Below, piece by piece: positions 39,488 through 50,633 of a stretch of 64,000 bases of DNA; position 1 is the stretch's first letter; every line of letters begins with the position of its first letter. A program made the position numbers and the translations under genes. Under the pieces are notes generated by a model. It did no database searches and was not told the origin of the DNA. It was given only the letters and a program-made list of their open reading frames with translations. This stretch comes from Octopus sinensis (lineage: Eukaryota): NCBI RefSeq assembly GCF_006345805.1, contig NC_043022.1, positions 12,648,001 to 12,712,000 on the forward strand, written 5' to 3'.

Positions 39488-39653
39488 TATATATACGATG
39501 GGCTTCTTTCAGTTTCCGTCAACCGAATCCACTCACAAGGCTTTGGGCAGCCCAAGGCTATAGTAGAAGACACTTGCCCAAGGTGCCACACAGTGGGACT
39601 GAACCTGGAACCATGTGGTTCATAAGCAAGCTATTTACTACACAGCCACTCCT
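39231..39653 (-). mobile_element. SINE family A, full length
   Basis: Matches the other family A copies; its 5' half is repeated at 40057-40214. Confidence 0.92.
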
Positions 39654-40015
39654 CTACTAACATATATATATATATATATATGTTAGTAGAGTTAGAGGTT
39701 GGAATAACTGTCTACAGGATAAAAGAATCTATTATATTACCAGTATAATTACATAAATTAACCATGGACATACATATGCAAGCATATTATGCTCATAGGT
39801 TACAGGTAATGACAAAGATAAACATAAGTTAATCAAATTTAAATAAAGCAGAAAATGGAGAAATATTGATCAACAACAATTGACTTGCATCAATTATTTT
39901 TTAATTCAATACAACAGCTGTTAGATGGGACACAGTCTATTTGTACTGAATTAAAAAAATAATAATTGATGCAAGTCAATTGTTGCTGATTAATATTTCT
40001 CCATTTTCTGTTTAC

Positions 40016-40048
<33 letters not shown>

Positions 40049-40597
40049 TATATATACGATGGGCTTCTTTCAGTTTCCGTCAACCGAATCCACTCACAAG
40101 GCTTTGGGCAGCCCAAGGCTATAGTAGAAGACACTTGCCCAAGGTGCCACACAGTGGGACTGAACCTGGAACCATGTGGTTCATAAGCAAGCTATTTACT
40201 ACACAGCCACTCCTCTACTAACATATATATATATATATATATGTTAGTAGAGTTAGAGGTTGGAATAACTGTCTACAGGATAAAAGAATCTATTATATTA
40301 CCAGTATAATTACATAAATTAACCATGGACATACATATGCAAGCATATTATGCTCATAGGTTACAGGTAATGACAAAGATAAACATAAGTTAATCAAATT
40401 TAAATAAAGCAGAAAATGGAGAAATATTGATCAACAACAATTGACTTGCATCAATTATTTTTTAATTCAATACAACAGCTGTTAGATGGGACACAGTCTA
40501 TTTGTACTGAATTAAAAAAATAATAATTGATGCAAGTCAATTGTTGCTGATTAATATTTCTCCATTTTCTGTTTACTATATATATATATATATATAT
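39480..40597. repeat. Perfect 561-bp direct tandem duplication bounded by (TA)n tracts
   Basis: 39496-40015 recurs at 40057-40576 (offset 561 at both ends) with no difference I could see, including the AA interruption 14 nt before the unit. Confidence 0.95.
39844..40016. mobile_element. Foldback MITE (~70-bp TIRs, ~25-bp spacer); duplicate at 40405-40577
   Basis: CAGAAAATGGAGAAATATT.ATCA.CAACAATTGACTTGCATCAATTATT is inverted at the right end; ends in TA. Confidence 0.8.
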
Positions 40598-40598
40598 A

Positions 40599-40783
40599 GT
40601 AAATCCCAAAAAAGGAGAACAAACACAAAAAAACAACAATGCGAGGACGTGGTACATGTAATGTAATAGCAGACACTCAGGAAAGGAAAGAATGGTTTAA
40701 CGTTTCGAGCAGATGCTCTTCTTCGGAAATACAGGAAAGTCCAAAAGAAAGGAAGAAAATCACCAATGATTCACATGTGGTTT

Positions 40784-40785
<2 letters not shown>
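40599..40785 (-). mobile_element. Penelope-like terminal-repeat fragment with decayed minimal hammerhead
   Basis: Minus strand 40730-40695: TTT-CCGAAGA-AGAGC-ATCT-GCTC-GAAAC-GTT-AAAC; embedded in (TA)n tracts. Confidence 0.55.
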
Positions 40786-40829
<44 letters not shown>

Positions 40830-41529
40830 TCCTTTCCCTACGAATGCTTTTACCAAAATAGAAATATTACTCTCCCCTGTGTACACTCTACAGTAATTGG
40901 TGAGCAAGAAGATTCAAAGTAGAACTGAGATGTCCTCTAGTCCCATCCCACCAAGGATTGGACAACCTTTCTAGTGCTGGTACCATGAAAAATACATCCA
41001 GTATTAGTACATAATGTAAAGTGGATGGCAAATGAGTGAAGATGGCCTGGGATTGTAAAATCTCTTTAATTCTGTCATGCCAATGACTATTCAACCTCCC
41101 TAGTGTTGGTGCCACAAGAAAATGTACTTCATATACTGTGTGAAGTTGATGATGATAGGAAGGGCATCCAGTTGTAGAAAGCAGGCCAAAACAAAATGTA
41201 TATTGAGCTAGTCTTTAGGAGCAGCAGCTACCCTTAAGAAATGACTCAGAGTGTAATAACCTGTGCAAGACATTCCAGAACAGAAAGCAGATATAAAATG
41301 ATACACACACGCACACAGACAAACTAATGGATTCAAATAACATTGCCTAAGAGTACTAAGTACTCCCTAATTGCTCTAATTGATTGGTCCGTTGGAACGA
41401 ATGATATCTGTCACAAAGTATAAGATATGAAAGAAAGATAAAGATGGAAAGAAAGAAATTAAAAGGAAGGAAAGAATAAAAATTCTTGTATTTTATTAAT
41501 GAAATTTTTACCATTTAAGCAACATTTCC

Positions 41530-41985
41530 TTAATGGTGGAATTAGAGAAGGAGATGGATTGACTGATAAGGTGGTGTCAATGGTGGTAGTAGTGGTGATA
41601 AGATAAATGTTAATGGTGTTGGAAATGGTAGAAGTGGTGATGGTGGTAGTTGTGATAACATTGGTGTTAGGAGTGTTGGTGATGGTGAGTTGTGTTGTTA
41701 TGGTAGATGGTGATGGTGATATTATTGATTGATGTTAGTGTGTTTGTGTTGTGATGGTGGTAGTTGAAGTGGTGTGATGTTATAGTGGTGGTGGCTATGG
41801 TGGTGTAATGATGGCAGTAATGTCAGTATCAGTATATTGGAGTTGGTGATGGTGGCAATGATAGTATTACTAGTAGTAGTAATAGTGATGGTGATGTGAT
41901 AGTGTTGATGTTGGTGGTGTAATAGTACTAGCAGTAGTGATGGAGGTGGTGTTGGTGATGTAGTGGTGGTGGTGGCAGTGGCGGT
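41530..41985. repeat. Degenerate (GGT/GAT/GTA)n low-complexity tract
   Basis: Direct reading. Confidence 0.9.
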
Positions 41986-42372
41986 TTTAGCAATGTTATG
42001 GTGATTCTCTGTCAGTCAAGACAGTTGCTTGGTTTCAAAGATGAAGTTCTTGCAGATTTATTGAAATTCTGTTCACCAATTCTACGAAACTTGGAACCAA
42101 CTATCATGTTATTGTTGCTGTTGTTGTTGTTGTCTGGTGGTGTTTGCTTAATGGAATCAGTCCAAAATCTTCAGCAGAGTCAAAGTTCTCAAACATGACC
42201 GGACGGCTGGACTGAATTCTTGTTGTAATATAATCATTATGAAACACTGACAGGATTGATAGATCAGATAGAGGGGAAGGTGGTGGGGTGTAAGCCATAC
42301 ACATACGCAGAGACATATAGCAGACACACACATAACACAAACATGTGTATAAAGAGACACAGACACAGATAC

Positions 42373-42403
<31 letters not shown>

Positions 42404-42636
42404 CATACACATCCAGAGACATAGACAGACATATAAACAAACACACAGAAACATAGATACATATAGAAACACAAACACACACACACACAGAACAGACATC
42501 AAGGCAGACAACTAGCTATATATGGTGAAAGTCATACAGATGGATACATGGCTAGATATAAATATAGATAGGTAGATAGATAGAAAGATAGATATCTATA
42601 TATAATATACATATATTATGTGTACAGATAAACATA

Positions 42637-43634
42637 TCATCATCATCATTTAATGTCCGTTTTCCATGCTAGCATGGGTTGGACAGTTCAACTGGGATCT
42701 GGGAAGCCAGGAGACTGCATCAGGCTCCAGTCTGACCAGTCAGTTTTTCTACTGCTGGATGCCCTTCCTAACACCAACTACTCCATGAGTGTAGTGGGTG
42801 CTTTTTACATGCCACCGGTACAGGGTCCAGAGGAGGCTGGCAATGGCCATGATCAATTGATGCTTTTTATGTGCCACCGGCACAGAAGCCAGTCAAGGTG
42901 GTGCTGGAAATCTACCATGTTTGGGTGGTGCTTTTTACAAGCCACCGGCATGAGTATCACAACTACAATTTCCATTTGATTTTCATTTTGATGTTGATGT
43001 ACTTGACTCAATAGGTCTCCTCAAGCACAGCAGGTCACCCTACAATCTAAGGTACTTTTGAATGGGTTGGCACTGGTTATGCGAAACTAGTGTAGGATAC
43101 AGCCATGAACTCACTTTATTTGCCAGGTCTTCGCAGTCACAGCATATCTCCAGAGGTCTCGGTCTCTCATCATTGCCTCTGTGAGGCCCAATGTTCGAAG
43201 GTCATGCTTCACCACCTCATCCCATGTCTTCCTGGGTCTACCTCTACCCTGGATTTCCTCAACTTTTTGGGAGTGGCACTTCTTCACACAACCCTCTTCA
43301 TCCATCCATAGTACATGACCATACCAGTGCAAATGTCTCTCTTGCATGCCACATCCGATGCTTCTTATGTCCAATATTTCTCTCAAGGTGCTTACACTCT
43401 GTCGTGTGTGCACACTGACGTTACACCTCCAGTGGATCATGCTAGCTTCATTTCTTTTGAGCCTATGCATGTCCTCCGCAGTCATGGCCCATGTTTCACT
43501 GCCATGATGCATGGCAGTTCACACACATGCATTGTACAATCTACCTTTCACTCTGAGCGAGAGGCCCTTTGTTACCAGTAGGGGTAGAAGCTTTCTAAAC
43601 TTTGCCCAGGCTATTCTTATTCTAGTGGTAATAG
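42637..43634 (-). mobile_element. 5'-truncated RTE LINE with complete ~470-bp 3'UTR and (GAT)n tail
   Basis: RIRIAWAKFRKLLPLL...GSETWAMT...WYGHVLWM...RGRPRKTWDEVVKHDL...DRDLWR, then UTR ending CATGGAAAACGGACATTAAAT(GAT)n. Confidence 0.92.
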
Positions 43635-44149
43635 TATGTGAACATATATATATATATATATATATCGTCTGTAAACATAAATCCGAAAAAAGAAGCACAC
43701 TCTAAGTTATAGAGGAGTATATATTAAAGTTAGATTAAAGGTAATCCCATAAACCGACCTTGTCTAACTTTAAAAATATATATATATCACACACACACAC
43801 CCTAATAGATCCATATTTAAATATATGTAAGGAAGTGTATACATGCTAAATGCCTCAGTGTGGGTTAAATAAGAACGTAAACACATTTTTAGTTCTTTCT
43901 ATACTATTTAAAGAGCAAAAAAACAATGGAGGGTGCAAGTCATGGTTTGTTGACTTCCCCTCAGAGAAGGCACAACTGGTTTTCTTTTCCCAACAAATCT
44001 CTTACTTGATTTCTTACAGTTAGATTAACCCATTGGTTCCAGGTTGCTTGACCCAGTAACTCTAGCTTGACTAAACCTTTTGACACCAGATGAGTAGACC
44101 CAACTGATATTAACTAGTTTACCCCAACTCCCACTGAACTCGGCAGGGG

Positions 44150-44340
44150 ATGTTGTCTGACACCAGGTTAGACCTGAAAAAGCAGACCAATCATCAAAGT
44201 TATTCCAGTGGTGACCCCCTTACCATTTTATGTACCAGGAATTAACCACTTTCCCTAATATGCCTATCCTTTTTGGAACAATGACAGAGTGACTTGAAAG
44301 AGATTTGACTGCTATTTTCAACCAGACAAGGACCACATCA
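44150..44340 (+). mobile_element. Fourth SINE-like family (D), degenerate; related copies at ~45550-45720 (-), 45840-45990, 59545-59740, 60150-60240 (-), 60340-60600 (-), 61380-61445
   Basis: Shared motifs AGCAGACC.ATGATCAAAG..ATTCCAG.C.TGACC and GAGATTTG(G/A)CTGCTATTT. Confidence 0.6.
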
Positions 44341-44426
44341 ACACTCATTTGCTTAAGACAATGGTGCCAAATCAAGTAGTGTGTTAGGTGTACAAGACAA
44401 TCTCAAAAACATCTCCAAATGTATCC

Positions 44427-44710
44427 TTAAACCCCTTTGTTATCATTTTGCTGTTGAAATTTTGCCTTTGCTTCAGTTAATTTTCAAATTCAGGAAGAAT
44501 TTATTAAAATAACTTTGTCGTTATTGAGCTGAAGTTTGGAACATAAATGAACATGGAATTTTGATGGAAGATTTCAATTTAGATTCACTTTAACCCTTTT
44601 GTTACACTATTTGTTGAAATATTCTGCCTTTGTTTCTAGTAATTTTGAAAATAATGAAAAATTTATAGCAAAATAATTTTGTCATTATCAAGATGGTGTC
44701 TGGGACATAT
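44427..44710 (+). mobile_element. Two tandem left arms of the piggyBac-like MITE
   Basis: TTAA-ACCCCTTTGTTA at 44427 and TTAA-CCCTTTTGTTAC at 44590, homologous to 26442-26620. Confidence 0.7.
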
Positions 44711-44948
44711 TTTTTTTTTTTTTTTTTTTTGTACTTGTTTCAGTCATTTGACTGCGGCCATGCTGGAGCACCGCCTTTAGAGTGGTGAAAGAGTACAGCA
44801 GGGATCACCACCTCCTGCCGGAGCCTCGTGGAGCTTTTAGGTGTTTTTTTTTCGCTCAATAAACACACACAACGCCCGGTCTGGGAATCGAAACCGCAAT
44901 CCTCCGACCGCAAGTCCGCTGCCCTAACCACTAGGCCATTGCGCCTCC
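44710..44948 (-). mobile_element. Young short tRNA-derived SINE (tRNA-Arg-like head) with family A 3' end and A21 tail
   Basis: GGAGGCGCAATGGCCTAGTGGTTAGGGCAGCGGACTTGCGGTCGGAGGATTGCGGTTTCGATTCCCAGACCGGGCG with A and B boxes and CpGs retained; ends GGCGGTGCTCCAGCATGGCCGCAGTCAAATGACTGAAACAAGTAC(A)21. Confidence 0.85.
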
Positions 44949-46436
44949 ATTAACATTTTGATGACATTTCAAGGAAAGTGTAATGACGGTTGCTTCTGAT
45001 AGGAAGGAAGTGCTTGAGAATTCTACACCCACAACCCTCCCAGGGACTGTGAGTGGAGAAGATGAATGGATATTTTGAAAGAAGGTTTCAATTAAAATTA
45101 TTTTTTAAACCAGAACAATGTAACAGAAATGACCAGAGATGCTCTCAGATGGGTTGGTGTCAGAAAGCCTCAACTATTTTTATTCTATTAAATAACAATT
45201 AAAATCTCCATTTAACACTAAGAACTGCTTACATCTCTGCAGTAATATAAAACACACAAAAATATTACAATAACATGCTTTGTTTTTACTATCAGAAATT
45301 CATTCATAAAACTGGTTTACTACTAAAGATCACGGCAGCAGTTATAGTCATTATTATCACTAATTCATTCATAAAACTTTCATGGTACTATTGAGGATAA
45401 TTCAAGCGTAATCGTGAGGGGAAACAGTTTCTCAAGATACTAGAAACAGTAGTCAAATCAAACCCTAGTTTCTTATACAAAAGAGATGGACACATTGAAT
45501 GTATCCTAAAAAGACATAATAAACACCTTTGATAACAAGTCAGCTGAATACTAGAAGCAGCAACCAAATCACACCCTACTGTCTTACACAATGGAAAAGA
45601 TATGGTATGTGATATATTTTCAAGTCATTCTTAAGAAGACAGGATGGCTACATCTGGGACGCCTTTGATAATAAATAGATCAACTGAGTGAGTGCAAACC
45701 AGGGACTAAACAACATCCATGGAATTGTTTGTTACAGTAACCAATTTTCAATTTCCCATATCAATATTGCCCCAGGATGAACCATATAGAGAAACTGGTA
45801 ACTTTGCTAATCAGCTTCAATCCAGCAAAATTCAAATCAAAAGACATTCCAACCATGACTAGCAGACTGTTAAGAGGTGTCTCACACTACATCATTTCAT
45901 GTGCACTTGCCATTCTTTTTTTAAGAGAGTAGAGTCTGAGGAAGATTTGGCCACCATTTCTAAAAGATCAGATGACAACATAAAGCCATCGTTACTGACC
46001 CAAGTAACTTGAAGCGATTTTATCAAAGATCTTATCACACACTGAAGATCAATAAATAAAACATTGACCTGAATTTTTCCACCTCTTCACACACAGCTGT
46101 GTTGTAAGACATCTTCTTCCTATCCATATGGTTCCAGGATCAGTCCCACTGCAAGCAAACTTTGGCAAGTGTTTTCTACAATAGCTTCAGGCCAACCAAA
46201 GCCTTGTGAATGGTAGACAGAAACTGAAAGAAGCCCATCATACATACATGTGTGTGTGTGTCTTTTTGTCCCCCACCATTGCTTGACAGCTAGTGTTGGT
46301 GTGTTTATGTCCTTTTAACTTAACAGTTTGGCAAAAACAGATTAATAGAATAAATACTGGGCTTTAAAAAAAAGGTAATAAGTGCTGGGATTGATTCGAC
46401 TAAGATTCTTCAGGGTGGCACTTCACCATGGCAGCA

Positions 46437-46809
46437 GGCTGTGTGGTAAGTAGCTTGTTTACCAACCACATGGTTCCGGGTTCAGTCCCACTGTGTGACA
46501 CCTTGGGCAAGTGTCTTCTACTATAGCCTCGGGCCAACCCAAACCTTGTGAATGGATTTGGTAGACGGAAACTGAAAGAAGCCCGTTGTATATATATATA
46601 TGTATGCGTGTGTGTCTGTGTTTGTCCCCCTAGCATTTCTTGACAACCAATGCTGGTGTGTTTATATCCCCATTACTTAGCGGTTCGGCAAAAGAGACCA
46701 ATAGAATAAGTACTGGGCTTACAAAAGAATAAGTCCTGGGGTCGAGTTGCTCGATTAAAGGTGGTGCTCCAGCATGGCTGCAGTCAAATGACTGAAACGA
46801 GTAAAGAGT
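46437..46809 (+). mobile_element. SINE family A inserted at the 3' end of an older family A copy (46110-46436); another head fragment at 46820-46890
   Basis: Sequence match to family A. Confidence 0.9.
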
Positions 46810-47533
46810 ATAGATACGGCTAACCACATGGTTTCAGGTTCAGTACCACTGTATGCTACCTGGAGCAAGTGTCTTCTACTATAGCCAAGGTAGAGAGAAA
46901 GGGAAAGAAGGGCACAGGTAGAGAGATGAAAAGAAAGGGAATGGGAAAGGTAGAGGGGAGAGTAAGGGATGAAAGAACAAGTGAAATGGAGAGTGAGAGT
47001 AAGAGATAAAGGAAGAGGTAGAAGGAAAGTGAAAGGTGAAGAGTAAAAAAGAATGGGAGGGAAAGAGTAAGAGAGAAGGAAACAGATGGAGAAGGGGAAA
47101 GTAAGAGACAAGGAGAGGTAGGATGAGGAGAGAGAGATATGCCGATTGATATTTTGATGGAAAGAGACGGGTGAGTGGGAGTGTTAAGTGGAAGTTACAA
47201 GGAAGGGAGTGCATGTATGTTAAACATGTAAAATAAGGCAGGGACAGGGACATGTGTGACACACGAAAAAGAAAGAGGTGGGTGGAGTAAATACAATGAA
47301 AGCGAGGAGATATGGTAGGTTAACTGACTTTGTAATTGAGGTAACGAAGGAGGAGGTTACTACTTCAATAAGCAATTTAGGCTGCACGTGTGTGTATTTA
47401 ATCTATACACACTTATGTGCACACCTATATATACACATGAAAACACACATATACTCATGTGCATTACTCTACACAATACACACACATGTACATAGACAGA
47501 CATACACACCTCTATACATACACACATATCCAC

Positions 47534-47697
47534 AATGGGCTTCTATCAGTTTCAGTCTACCTGTTTCATCAAGGAGGTATTGTTTGACTCACAGCTACAG
47601 CAGAAGACACTTGCCCAAGGTGCCACACAATGAGCATGGACCCCAAAACCATGTGGTTACAAAGTAAACTCCATATCCATACAGCCATGTTTTTGCA
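47534..47697 (-). mobile_element. SINE family A 5' fragment, head-to-head with the next copy
   Basis: AGAAGACACTTGCCCAAGGTGCCACAC...AACCATGTGGTT. Confidence 0.8.
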
Positions 47698-47720
47698 TGT
47701 GTGTGTATGTATGTATTTAC

Positions 47721-48180
47721 GAACCACATGGTTCCGGGTTCAGTCCCACTGCGTGGCACCTTGGGCAAGTGTCTTCTACTATAGCCTTGAGCCGACCAAA
47801 GCCTTGTGAGTGGATTTGGTAGATGGAAACTGAAAGAAGCCCGTCGTAGGAAGGGCATCCAGCTGTAGAAACATTGCCAGATCAGACTGGAGCCTGGTGC
47901 AGCCTTCTGGCTTCCCAGACCCCAGTTGAACCGTCCAACCCATGCTAGCATGGAAAACGGACGCTAAACGATGACGATGATGTATGTGTATGTGTGTCTG
48001 TCTTTGTCCCCACCAACATCGCTTGACAACCGATGCTGGTGTGTTTACATCCCCGTAACTTAGCAGTTCAGCAAAAAGAGACCGATAGATAAGTACTAGG
48101 CTTACAAAGAATAAGTCCTGGGGTCGATTTGCTCGACTAAAGGCGGTGCTCCAGCATGGCCACAGTCAAATGAGTGAAAA
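47721..48180 (+). mobile_element. SINE family A interrupted by an RTE-tail insertion (47848-47981)
   Basis: ...GAAGCCCGTCGT|AGGAAGGGCATCC...CTAAACGATGACGATGAT|GTATGTGTATG... then the SINE 3' half. Confidence 0.9.
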
Positions 48181-48227
48181 GAGATGTAGAGTCGACTCTG
48201 GCAAAATTTGGACTCCTATCATTGGGC

Positions 48228-48905
48228 ATCAAAGTGGCAAATTAGAGAATTGGATAAAATAGTCTGCAGTATTTGTTCTGACACTGAGTGTTCTGAGTTC
48301 AAATCCTACTTTATTTTATCAACCCCAAAATGACGAAAGACAAAGGTGACCGGGAGGAAATTCAAACTCAAATTCTAAAGAGTCAGAAAGAAAAACACAA
48401 GGCATTTTTGTCTGACATGAATGTTTCTGCTAATCCAGCACCTTAATAAAAGAAAAAGAATTATAATCCTTTCTAAGCACAAGGTCTGAAATTTTGAGGG
48501 ATTAGGCTAGTCAATTACATCAACCTCAGTGCTCAATTGGGACTTATTTCATCCATCCCAAAATGATGAAAGGTAAAGTCAACCTTAGCGGGATTTGAAC
48601 TTAGAATGTAGAGAGGAGGAACTAACACGCAAAGCATTTTTATAATACAACAATTCTGCCAACACACCACAAATAACAACAACAATAATAATAATGGCTT
48701 CAAATTTTGGCAGAAGGCCAGCAGTTTTGGAGGGGGATAGCCGATGATATTGACCCCAGTATTCAACTGGTACCTATTTTAACAACCCCAAGAAGATGAA
48801 AGGCAAAATCGACCTCAGCAGAATTTGAACTCAGAACATAGAGATGGATGAAATGCTGCTAAGCATTTCACCTGGCATGCTAATGGTTCCGTCACCTCAC
48901 CACTT
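48228..48905 (-). mobile_element. Second stack of SINE family B copies (48310-48445, 48467-48669, 48696-48905; inverted head at 48228-48308); another copy at 49918-50131
   Basis: Same motifs as 4585-6505, separated by AAT/AAC tracts. Confidence 0.8.
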
Positions 48906-48930
48906 TAATAATAATAATAATAATAATAAT

Positions 48931-49040
48931 TAATTCATTTATTGGCCACAAGGGCTAACAAAAATCAATTAAAACATAAAGGGACAAAACACAGGACAAA
49001 AGTTACAAAGGGTTTTGTCCGTTTGAAAAAAGTCCGTGTA
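48931..49040 (-). mobile_element. 3' terminal fragment of an unidentified LINE-like element
   Basis: T-rich UTR ending GCCCTTGTGGCCAATAAATGAATTA(ATT)n, flanked by (AAT)n on both sides. Confidence 0.5.
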
Positions 49041-49056
49041 CAATAATAATAATAAT

Positions 49057-49884
49057 ACTGAGATATTGATATGCAGTGCTCAGGAACAATGGTTATGAAA
49101 AAGTGAACAGAAAGGATGCACTGAGGCATTGATATGCAGCACCCAGGAACAAGATCTGAGAACTAATTACACCAAGTTCCAAATAGATAAGAGTAGCAAA
49201 TTGCCCCTTTGCAGGTTGTGTGGCAGCAGAAACGAAACAATCTCACATACTGTGAGTGAGTGTAGCAAGCCGGCCCAAAAGCACTACAAGAGGAGGCACA
49301 ATAACGCACTGGGGGCTATATGAAAAGTACGGCCTGAACAGAGCATGGAAATGGTACAAACATGAACCAGAAGGAATCACCAAGAACAAGGAACATAAGA
49401 CACTGTGGGATTTTACAATCCAATGTGACTCCCTAATCGAGGCTCGAAGACCAGATATTGTTGTGGTAGATAAAGGAAAAAAGGAAACCAAGATCATAGA
49501 TATTGCAATACCTGGAGATGCACGCATAAGGGACAAAGAACTAGAAAAAATTGAAAAGTACAGACTACTAAAAGACAAAATTGCAAGAACGGGACTATGA
49601 GGAGAGTATCTGTCATTCCAGTAGCTGTAGGGGCACTCGGAGCATTAACAAGCAAGTTTGAGAAATATGTCAAAGAAATTGGAATTGACATGAAAGCAGA
49701 GCAAGCCCCAAAAAACTGCTCTACTGGGAACAGCTAGGAATTTGCAATTGGTACTTGGATGTCGAATGTCTCCCAAGATAATTGACAACCAAGTATCGAA
49801 GCTTATCATGTGCAGAAAGAGACCCTTAAGACCTCTGACAGCAAGCTACTGTCAGCTCTCACAGAATCTACCGAGATGCAAAAC
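49057..49884 (+). mobile_element. 5'-truncated R4/Dong-clade non-LTR retrotransposon (CCHC knuckle + restriction-like endonuclease) inserted in (AAT)n
   Basis: TEALICSTQEQDLRTN...CRLCGSRNETISHTVSEC..YKRRH...LWDFTIQCD...RRPDIVVVDK..IIDIAIP.D...E.EKIEKY; AAT repeats at both ends. Confidence 0.9.
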
Positions 49885-50592
49885 AATAATAATAACAATA
49901 ATCACAACAACAACAATTGTTTCTGAATTAGGCACAAGGCCAGTAATTTGTAGGGAGGGAGGGAGGGAGCTAGCTGATAACACCAACCCCGGAACTTAAC
50001 GGGTACATTATTTTACTGACCCTCAGAAAACAGAAAGTAAAGTTGACTTGGATGAGATCTGAACTCTGAACATAAAGGTAATGTTGTCTAACACTCTAAT
50101 GAGTCAGTCAATCAACTGCCGTGGCTCGTTAGATAACAATAGCAATTATGTTGTTGCTGTCAGTGATGATGGTGATGGAGGTGTTGGGGGGATGAGCATT
50201 GTTATTGGCATTGCTGTTGGAGATGATGATGATGATTATAGTGATGGTTGTTGTTCTTGGTTGCGGTGTTGTGGTAGTGGAAATAACAATAATAATAATA
50301 ATAATAATGGGGATTGTCATTAACACAATGTCATGATGATGGTGATAATAATAATTTGATACTGCTAATTAATAAGAAATACCTGTTTGTTTTTTTATCA
50401 CAATTTACAGCCCAAAATGGAGAAACTCTTCAGCTTTATGTCTACCAGTCGGTGGGATTGAACTTGCATCACTCTAATGAGCATATGTTTATAAATCAGA
50501 CGCAACGTGCTGGAATATCCAATAAGACATTTAAGAAATTAGTCACTGCGCAGGAAACTGTCAATGGCTGACTGTCTTTGACAAGGTGGAAA

Positions 50593-50593
<1 letters not shown>

Positions 50594-50633
<40 letters not shown>

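Noticed and set aside
41998-42198. 66-aa ORF next to a triplet tract
   Set aside because: Short, includes poly-L from (TTG)n, no splice sites or homology recognised.
44219-44226. ATG|GTAAG Met-only exon look-alike
   Set aside because: Inside a degenerate family D SINE.
44870-44948. tRNA-like sequence
   Set aside because: Head of a SINE: no closed acceptor or anticodon stems, and it continues into SINE body and poly(A).
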